Position numbers and translations under genes: made by a program. From the IMG/VR virus record IMGVR_UViG_3300020215_000003: a DNA stretch of 20,000 nucleotides; one strand, written 5' to 3'. This stretch comes from an uncultured virus (IMG/VR IMGVR_UViG_3300020215_000003). Taxonomy: Duplodnaviria > Heunggongvirae > Uroviricota > Caudoviricetes. Below the pieces are notes generated by a model. The model had not been told where the DNA came from, did not search any database, and saw only the letters and a list, made by a program, of their open reading frames with translations. Positions 13,668 through 20,000 of this stretch are shown in pieces (positions within the stretch are counted from its first letter, which is position 1; every line of letters starts with the position of its first letter).

Positions 13668-15056
13668 ATGCCTCAATACGCTGCACCAATCGAAGCCTTC
13701 GGCTCCCGCGCCGGGGGCGCGCTCGGAGCCACCACAGGCGCTACCTCGGGCGGATTTCTCGGCCGCCTCGGCGAGGTATTGTCCCCCCTCGATTGGCCTC
13801 GGAGGGCCGCAGCCAACCTGTTCGCCGCTCCTTCGCGGGCGATGGACACTGGGGACGCCTCGCACCTCTGGGGCGCGGTTCCGGGCGCGGCAGGGGCCGT
13901 CCTGGGTGGGGTAATGGGCGGGCCTCTGGGAATCCTCGTCGGCTCCCTCCTCGCCGGGGGACTACAGGGCATGGGCCAGGCCACGGGAAGCGAGGTGTTT
14001 GACGCGCCCAATGTCTCGGACCTGACGGGGACGGAGGACTTCGCGCCCAACCTTCTGGTGGGGATGCTCACGGACCCGCTCACGTTCGCCGGGGGGATCG
14101 GAGGCGCAGCCGCAGGGGCCAAGACAGGGGGTAAGATCGGACGAGGTATCGGGGAATCGCTTGAGGCTGCAGCCAACTTCCGTGGACCTGCTTATCCCGG
14201 AGGGTTCGAGAAGATCGTCGAGGCCGTGCGCGCGGCCAATCCTTCTTTGACGGACGACGCGATCCGTCAGACCTACGGACACCTGGACAACCCGAGGCTC
14301 CTGGGCGAGATGCCGCCGCAGAGTTCATTCCTGGGCGAAGGGGTTGAGCGCACCGCATTTCTGCGCCCGGAGACCGAGGGAGGCGGGGTGCTCACGTTCG
14401 CCAAGAGCGATCCGAACTTCATCAACACTCATCATGGCGGGTTCGGCAAATCCGCTTACGAGGCTGGTCAACCACCCCCGACGCGCATCGACACGCCTCT
14501 CATGAACCCTGCGGTGCGCTCGGTGCCGGTTGGTCCAATCCGCGCAGAAGTTTCGCCGCAGCTCAAAACCGCGGATCAGGTCTACGAGGACATCACCGGA
14601 TTCTCGATGGACACAGCCCCAACCTCGCCCACGATGAACAGCGCGGACTTCCAGGCGATGGAGCATCTGGCCAAAGCCCGCGTTGACATCATGGATGCGC
14701 TGGACCAGCAAGGCTTGCGGCCGGCGGACCTGCACTACGGCAACATCGGCCTTGGCCAGGAAGGGTGGAAGATCCTTGACCCAGGCTCTGTGCATCCGTG
14801 GGGCAAATCGGGGTTCGCGCCGCGCGTCCCCGAGATGGAAATGGAGGAGCCAGGCTTCATCAGCAATTTGCTGTTGCGCTTGCTCGGCTCGGACAAGGCC
14901 GTGAGACGGGAGATCATGGAGCAACTCGCGCGTCACGGCGAAGCTCCCCCGGTCAGGCTTCCCGGTGTAACGCCATTGCCCGACATGATGACGCCACGAG
15001 CTGAGCCGGTTACGCCGTTCTCGTCCAGCGCTATGACCCCACTTGCTCGCATGTGA
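13668..15056 (+). CDS. Probable ejection protein with a C-terminal protein kinase-like domain
   Basis: GGAGGG RBS. N-terminal Gly-zipper/hydrophobic region with DPLTF. C-terminal FLGEGVERTAF (Gly loop), ADLHYGNIG (catalytic loop) and KILDPG (DFG equivalent) in canonical order. Confidence 0.7.
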   Translation: MPQYAAPIEAFGSRAGGALGATTGATSGGFLGRLGEVLSPLDWPRRAAANLFAAPSRAMDTGDASHLWGAVPGAAGAVLGGVMGGPLGILVGSLLAGGLQGMGQATGSEVFDAPNVSDLTGTEDFAPNLLVGMLTDPLTFAGGIGGAAAGAKTGGKIGRGIGESLEAAANFRGPAYPGGFEKIVEAVRAANPSLTDDAIRQTYGHLDNPRLLGEMPPQSSFLGEGVERTAFLRPETEGGGVLTFAKSDPNFINTHHGGFGKSAYEAGQPPPTRIDTPLMNPAVRSVPVGPIRAEVSPQLKTADQVYEDITGFSMDTAPTSPTMNSADFQAMEHLAKARVDIMDALDQQGLRPADLHYGNIGLGQEGWKILDPGSVHPWGKSGFAPRVPEMEMEEPGFISNLLLRLLGSDKAVRREIMEQLARHGEAPPVRLPGVTPLPDMMTPRAEPVTPFSSSAMTPLARM

Positions 15057-15063
15057 GGCTCTG

Positions 15064-18036
15064 ATGCTTCCATTCCCTGACCCATTCGACATCTTCCGCC
15101 GACCCCTCGCACCCATCGCCGCGCGGACACCCTCTATCCCTCCCCTGACTCCGGAGGAAGAATCCTCCATCCTGGGGCAGATCGGCCACGGTGCGCTATC
15201 GGGTCTGTCCTACGTGGGTGGGGCGCTCAACAAACCCGGCAGGGCCATCCGTGGACTCCTGGGTGGTCAGCCAAGGGAGATGCTCAACGTCATCCCCTTC
15301 TCGGATGCGCTGGGGATCACCGACCCCACTCAAGAAGTGCGCGGCACGGACCTGATCGGCGCAGGCAAAGACACGTCATTCTTCTCCCCCGAAGGGATAG
15401 CAGGGTTCGGCACGGAGATCCTTCTTGATCCCCTGACGTACATGACGTTCGGGGCCTCGGCAGTGAACAAGCTCGGACATGCTGCGAAGAAGGTCGGGGT
15501 CTTGCCCAAGGGAGCGCAAGGAAGATTGGCCGGGGTCTCAGGGGACGCGGCGCAGAAGCTGGCGGACAACCTGGGTGTGGATGTAGGAGAGGTGGCGGGG
15601 AAGAAACTCGGTGGGCACGTAGGGTTTCATCTTCCGCTCACGGAAGCGCGCGGGAGTGCGGACCTGACCAAGCCTTTGCAGATGGGGTCGGACCTTCTGG
15701 GGATGCTTCCCGGCTCGAACGTGGTCAAGGCCACGGGTCAGGTTCTGGGAGAAGTGACGGCCCCATTGCGCCGAGGGGTCCGGGCGATGTTCGATCCATC
15801 GGTGATGGGTCAGTGGCACAGCGATAAAGCGCAAGAACTCGGACGGAGCGTGTTTGCTGCCCGGAACGCTGCCCGGGCATCAGCACTTGAGGGGGGCGTG
15901 GCCCCGGTGGTCAGAGCAATGGGCGAGGATGCCCTGACAGACCCCCAAGGGCTGCGCACATTGCTCGAAGGCACAGGGCCCGCCTCCCAAGGGGCACAAC
16001 GAGCAGCACAGATCGCCCGCGAGGCGCTGGCCGCTTCTCACGCGAGGGCGGTCAACGAAGGGGTGGACGTCGGGCGCCTGGAGAATTATCTGGGCCGCCA
16101 GGCTACACGCCCGGAGATTGACGTGGGGCGACCTGGAGGGCACGGGACAGGACACCCTCTAGGTCTGGGCGCAAGTTCGCTCATGGCGCGCACCGAGGTC
16201 ATCGGGGACCTTCCGACTGAGACCGTGGAAAGGATGGTCCGAGATCCGCGCATCAGCAGCTCGGCGCGTACAGCCAACGCCGCAGACGCAGAGGCGATCC
16301 TGCGCACGGAGTACGGTCTGACGGCGAACAAGGCTTTCGACGTGGCGCCGTGGCTCTACTCGCTTCACCCCGATCGGCTGAAGATCGGCTACTTCAACAA
16401 GCACGCGCTCACGGACTACGAGACCAGCCTGGTAGGACTGGATGAAGTGGCAGGCACAGCCCAAGCGATGAAGAACTTCATTACCCAGAACGCCACCGAT
16501 GTTGCAGGACCTGGAGCGAAGCGCATCGGGGACGTGATTCGGGAGATGGGGCTGACGGAGAAAGCGGAGTTCGACATCTTCCAGAAGCTGGGTACACCAG
16601 CAAAGCAGTACATTCCCCAGGATGTGGCCGATGCGCTGGTGCGGGCGACCAAACCCTTCACGATGCCCGAGACCTTGGAGCCGGTCAAGCGCGCGTGGGA
16701 CTCGATCCTCAACCTCACGAAGTCCTGGCTCACCCAAGCCTTCCCCAGTTTCCACGTCAGAAACCTCATGTCGGGGATGTGGCAGAACTACGTCATCATG
16801 GGCGCCGGTGGACTGACGGACGCCTACTCAAGCGCCGCCAAGATGCTCCGAGGTCAGGCCGTCGAGGGGCTCGGCAACCTGCCCTTGTTCCGGGGCATGA
16901 CGGACGAGCAGGCGACCAAGGCGCTCGCGGACATGGCGTTCGGCCGAGGAGTCACCGGAGGCCACGCGGCTACCGACCTGGTGGGGATGGACGCAGCAAC
17001 GGATGTGCTCAAGCGCCTTCCGGGGGCCTTCCCGAATCGCAAGGCCGGCATGTCCATGGTGCCGGAGTACCTCGCGGGGATGATGGGGCAGCGGGGCGGA
17101 TCGTGGAACCCGATGGATGCGCGTGGGGTTAGAGGGGCGACGGAGAGCAACAACTGGCTCTTGCAGGCTGGTGAAGGGGTGGGCACGGAGATCGAACACC
17201 TCGGGCGCGTGGCTGGGTTCATCGGACTCGTGAAGAAGGGTTATGTGCCCGACGTCGCCGCAGCGATGACCAAAGCAGGGCACGTCGATTACACTGCGAT
17301 GACCAAGTTCGAGCGCGAGGTGATGAAGCGCATCTTTCCTTTTTACGCATGGACCAGAGGCAACGTCCCTCACCAGCTCAAGCTCCTCGCAGAGAACCCC
17401 GGAGGCCCAACAGGCGTGGCGATCCGCGCCAGCACTCGCGCAAACGAACAACCCGGCTTCACTCCTGAGTATCTGGGTCAGGGAGTCGCGGTGCCCGTGG
17501 GCGCAGAGGAGAACGGCACGCAGCGGTTCCTCTCGCAACTGGGCTTACCATTCGAGGATCTCGGGCAACTTCCCTCCCCGGGCAGGATGGTCCTGGGGAA
17601 CCTGGGGCCGATCCCGAAGTACCTGTACGAATCAATGAGCGGGCAGCAGGCGTTCTCGGGGAGGGACCTGCGCGACCTGCATTCGAGGATGGGGGAACTG
17701 GGGCTGCCGATGCCCGTGGCGACGGAGAACCTGCTCATGAACTCGCCATTGGCAAGGGTCGTCTCGACGGCGGGGACGATTGCGGACGAGCGCAAGGACC
17801 CACTGACGAAGCTGCTCAACCTGACGACGGGCGTGCGGATGTCTGATGTGAACACTCAGAGGGCGCGAGACGTGGCGCTGCGAGAGTACACGGAGGACCT
17901 GTTGCGCGGTCAGCCGGGTGTCAATCGGTTCGAGCGGCTGTTTGTTTCGCCGACCAATTTGCCGTTGCTGAGCCCGCAAGAACAGCAACTCTATCGGCTG
18001 TATCAAGCAAGGCAGAGGAGAAACGCAGGGCAATGA
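15064..18036 (+). CDS. Large internal virion / DNA ejection protein (~990 aa)
   Basis: ATG 15064 after GAGG. Helical and Ala/Gly-rich, with FPSFHVRNLMSG, HVDYTAMTKFEREVMKRIFPFYAWTRGN and LPFEDL, motifs typical of the C-terminal part of large podovirus ejection proteins. It is the last gene of the operon. Confidence 0.75.
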   Translation: MLPFPDPFDIFRRPLAPIAARTPSIPPLTPEEESSILGQIGHGALSGLSYVGGALNKPGRAIRGLLGGQPREMLNVIPFSDALGITDPTQEVRGTDLIGAGKDTSFFSPEGIAGFGTEILLDPLTYMTFGASAVNKLGHAAKKVGVLPKGAQGRLAGVSGDAAQKLADNLGVDVGEVAGKKLGGHVGFHLPLTEARGSADLTKPLQMGSDLLGMLPGSNVVKATGQVLGEVTAPLRRGVRAMFDPSVMGQWHSDKAQELGRSVFAARNAARASALEGGVAPVVRAMGEDALTDPQGLRTLLEGTGPASQGAQRAAQIAREALAASHARAVNEGVDVGRLENYLGRQATRPEIDVGRPGGHGTGHPLGLGASSLMARTEVIGDLPTETVERMVRDPRISSSARTANAADAEAILRTEYGLTANKAFDVAPWLYSLHPDRLKIGYFNKHALTDYETSLVGLDEVAGTAQAMKNFITQNATDVAGPGAKRIGDVIREMGLTEKAEFDIFQKLGTPAKQYIPQDVADALVRATKPFTMPETLEPVKRAWDSILNLTKSWLTQAFPSFHVRNLMSGMWQNYVIMGAGGLTDAYSSAAKMLRGQAVEGLGNLPLFRGMTDEQATKALADMAFGRGVTGGHAATDLVGMDAATDVLKRLPGAFPNRKAGMSMVPEYLAGMMGQRGGSWNPMDARGVRGATESNNWLLQAGEGVGTEIEHLGRVAGFIGLVKKGYVPDVAAAMTKAGHVDYTAMTKFEREVMKRIFPFYAWTRGNVPHQLKLLAENPGGPTGVAIRASTRANEQPGFTPEYLGQGVAVPVGAEENGTQRFLSQLGLPFEDLGQLPSPGRMVLGNLGPIPKYLYESMSGQQAFSGRDLRDLHSRMGELGLPMPVATENLLMNSPLARVVSTAGTIADERKDPLTKLLNLTTGVRMSDVNTQRARDVALREYTEDLLRGQPGVNRFERLFVSPTNLPLLSPQEQQLYRLYQARQRRNAGQ

Positions 18037-18117
18037 CGTGCTTTGCGATTCAGTGATGGCTTTGCGTGTCCGTGCCCTGCGACGCAACGGTTTGACCTTC
18101 TCTCATGTTCTATGAGG

Positions 18118-18591
18118 TTAGTTAACCCAGACGTATCCTTGCTCCGGCACCTCGCCGACACGTTCTTCTTGCCGTATCTCATCGGCTCGGATCACAAGCA
18201 CCTTGCCGCTTGCGAGGTATTCGTCGAGCGTCATGTAAGGCATGCCGCGGAACGGATCAGACGCGGGACGTTCAACCCACATATCGCGGAAGCCAGGAAG
18301 CAAGCCAACGCCAGTTCGCCACGCCTGCGTAATGGGCACCTCATTGCCGTCGCTATCCAGGTAAACGTAATCGCATCCGCGGTGAAAGCCGGTCGCCTGC
18401 TCCAGAGTCGGTGATTCGTCGATGGAATAGTCACTGCCGCAGCAGGTGCAGGTCACTCGCTCTGGGTTGTGGCCGAAGCGGTTGTAGAAGATGATCTTGG
18501 CCTCCTCTTTGGGAGCCTCGATGTAGATCATCTCGTATGGTGGCTCCTTCGTGCCACCGCCGCTGTGCATGTCCCAAAACGCTGTCCACAT
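18118..18591 (-). CDS. Conserved phage hypothetical protein with a CxCCG motif
   Basis: GGAAGGGG RBS. Sequence MWTAFWDMHSGGG...IYIEAP...RVTCTCCGSDYS. Confidence 0.75.
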   Translation of the reverse strand: MWTAFWDMHSGGGTKEPPYEMIYIEAPKEEAKIIFYNRFGHNPERVTCTCCGSDYSIDESPTLEQATGFHRGCDYVYLDSDGNEVPITQAWRTGVGLLPGFRDMWVERPASDPFRGMPYMTLDEYLASGKVLVIRADEIRQEERVGEVPEQGYVWVN

Positions 18592-18595
18592 CCGC

Positions 18596-19150
18596 TCACC
18601 CCTTCCTCGTCAGTTCCTGCCGTAGCTGGTTCATGAGGTTCGTTGCCTGCTCCAGGGTCAGCTCCCGCGGCATCTCTTCCACCACTACTCTATGACCCAA
18701 GCGCCGCACCTTCGGCTCCTGGCGGGCAAGTTCCCACCGCGCACCCACCTTGCCAATCAACCCCGCGTTGACCAGGAGCAAGCGTATCCAGTTTGGCGTG
18801 CGCTGCATCAGCTTGCCCAGAGTCTTGAGCGAGGGTGGATAGCCGTGCTCGCGCTGGTGCTTCTTCCACAGTTCCAGGGCCCGCGCAACCGTCTCTGGTC
18901 TGCGCGCCCGACCCTTGGGCCAGCCGTGATTGGCTGCGTAGTGGGCTTGCTTGTCTTTGGGTATGCCGCGCTCGTCCATGTTCAGGCAACCGCAGTTCGT
19001 TCGGTGTTTTAGCTGAGACTTGCGGATTCTTCGGGTGCCCCCGCATCTGTTGCAGAGAATCCAGACGCAGGTATTTCTCCATTTGTCGGGAGGAGCGTGG
19101 CCGAGGACAGTGATTCCCTGGCCCTCAGCTCTTGCTCTTTCTCCATCCAC
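18596..19150 (-). CDS. Putative DNA-binding protein: Zn-ribbon plus LexA-type winged-HTH (start uncertain)
   Basis: ITVLG...VWILCNRCGGTRRIRKSQL...NCGCL is the ribbon seen N-terminal to phage HNH/AP2 proteins. WKKHQREHGYPPSLKTLGKLM resembles the LexA N-domain. GTG 19150 was chosen as start; the frame is open to 19273. Confidence 0.6.
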   Translation of the reverse strand: MDGERARAEGQGITVLGHAPPDKWRNTCVWILCNRCGGTRRIRKSQLKHRTNCGCLNMDERGIPKDKQAHYAANHGWPKGRARRPETVARALELWKKHQREHGYPPSLKTLGKLMQRTPNWIRLLLVNAGLIGKVGARWELARQEPKVRRLGHRVVVEEMPRELTLEQATNLMNQLRQELTRKG

Positions 19151-19836
19151 TGTTGCAGAGTTGCGTGGGGAGGGACTTTCGACGGCGCGCAACCCATTCT
19201 CCTGAGCTGCTCCCGCACCTGCTGAAACGTCAGCCCCTGATTCCTCAGCTCCAGGACGGTCGAGGCGATCCACCGTTGCTCCTCGTTCGGGATGAGCTTT
19301 TGTCTTACGCGGCCGTTGTCGTTGACCTTCTTGATCTTGAACCCATATGGGGGTCTACCCAAAGTGTACCAGCCCTGCGCCTCGGCGTGCGCGCGCCCGG
19401 CCTCCATGCGCTCGCGGATCATGGTGCGGTCGAGCTCGATCGCGGCCCCGAACACCGTCATAGCGAAGCGCCCCACGGGGGTAGTCGTGTCGATGTTCAG
19501 GTCCAGAAGGTGGACGGAGACCCCGCGTTTATGCCATAGGTCGTAGGTCGTCAGGAGATCCACGACGTTGCGGAACCCTCGGTCCAAGCGTGGAAAGATC
19601 ACGGCATCCCCGGATTTGGCGCACTCGTTGATCTGTTTGCCTGCGGGGCGTTCGATGAGGGGGACGCGCGAGGAGATGGCGGGATCTTCAAGGGTGCCGG
19701 CGTAGGTGTAGCCTTGGGGGGCGAGGCGATAGCGGAAATAGGCTTCGATGGCCTCGGCGTGCTGCTCGAAGGTGTTCGTGTGCTGAACCTGGAATTGGGT
19801 GGAGAGGCGGCAGTATCCCCAGGCGGTGCGGGTCAT
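19009..19836 (-). CDS. Serine recombinase (resolvase/invertase family)
   Basis: GYCRLSTQFQ (catalytic Ser), EDPAISSRVPLIERPA, RLDRGFRNVVDLL, IDTTTPVGRF, ERMEAGR and GRPPYGF. GGAGG RBS with ATGA coupling. Confidence 0.92.
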   Translation of the reverse strand: MTRTAWGYCRLSTQFQVQHTNTFEQHAEAIEAYFRYRLAPQGYTYAGTLEDPAISSRVPLIERPAGKQINECAKSGDAVIFPRLDRGFRNVVDLLTTYDLWHKRGVSVHLLDLNIDTTTPVGRFAMTVFGAAIELDRTMIRERMEAGRAHAEAQGWYTLGRPPYGFKIKKVNDNGRVRQKLIPNEEQRWIASTVLELRNQGLTFQQVREQLRRMGCAPSKVPPHATLQQWMEKEQELRARESLSSATLLPTNGEIPASGFSATDAGAPEESASLS

Positions 19837-20000
19837 TGGTCCTCCCTGACGAGCTGCACGGCGCTTGCGTGGCCTTCCAGGGCTTGCTGGCGGGTCGTGT
19901 AGCGGCGCTGGTATTCGTCGTGCGGCCCGCCGAAGATCATCGTTTCGTACAAAAGCGGCGGGCCTTTGCCGTGCTGGTGGTCGAGGCCGAGAAACACGGT
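19833..20000 (-). CDS. Conserved phage hypothetical protein, 5'-truncated (absent from the ORF track)
   Basis: Manual translation gives TVFLGLDHQHGKGPPLLYETMIFGGPHDEYQRRYTTRQQALEGHASAVQLVREDQ*. Its TGA overlaps the recombinase ATG. Confidence 0.8.
   Translation of the reverse strand, partial: TVFLGLDHQHGKGPPLLYETMIFGGPHDEYQRRYTTRQQALEGHASAVQLVREDQ

Noticed and set aside
282..17855. Many long alternative-frame and antisense ORFs (e.g. 282..1421 +, 9010..9864 +, 10534..11340 -, 14325..15170 -, 16828..17538 -)
   Set aside because: They are Arg/His/Pro-rich shadows of real genes, as expected at high GC, with no motifs or RBS support.
18037..18117. Possible bidirectional terminator or res site between the convergent operons (two gctttgcg copies, short ttgcgt/acgcaa and ctcat/atgag stems)
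   Set aside because: The stems are only 5-6 bp with no U-tract, which is compatible with chance.
18596..19150. HNH homing endonuclease or LexA repressor
   Set aside because: The ribbon is not followed by an HNH motif, and there is no S24 peptidase domain after the HTH.
1..20000. Host assignment (some small proteins reminded me of Planctomycetota-associated phage proteins)
   Set aside because: This is recollection only. No host genes or att sites are in the window, and a database search is needed.

Overview
This GC-rich window looks like part of a tailed phage or prophage with a short-tailed (podovirus-like) layout. From 1 to 18036 a tightly coupled + strand morphogenesis operon encodes tail/decoration proteins, a head-tail adaptor-like protein, two paralogous pairs of small tail proteins, a nozzle/stabilisation-like protein, and a run of low-complexity probable internal-virion (ejection) proteins ending in a ~990-aa protein. 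From 18118 to 20000 a convergent - strand block encodes two conserved phage hypotheticals, a Zn-ribbon + LexA-type HTH protein and a small serine recombinase. Four observations stand out. (1) A probable ejection protein carries a C-terminal protein-kinase-like domain and shares its N-terminal module with the large ejection protein next door; a divergent antisense two-TM gene sits beside it. (2) The nozzle appears split, with its N-terminal signature encoded as a separate 59-aa gene 2.2 kb upstream. (3) A perfect 15-bp inverted repeat overlaps the stop codon of that 59-aa gene. (4) Small beta-domains are reused between tail genes. All product calls come from motif recognition by eye and from gene order; no searches were run.
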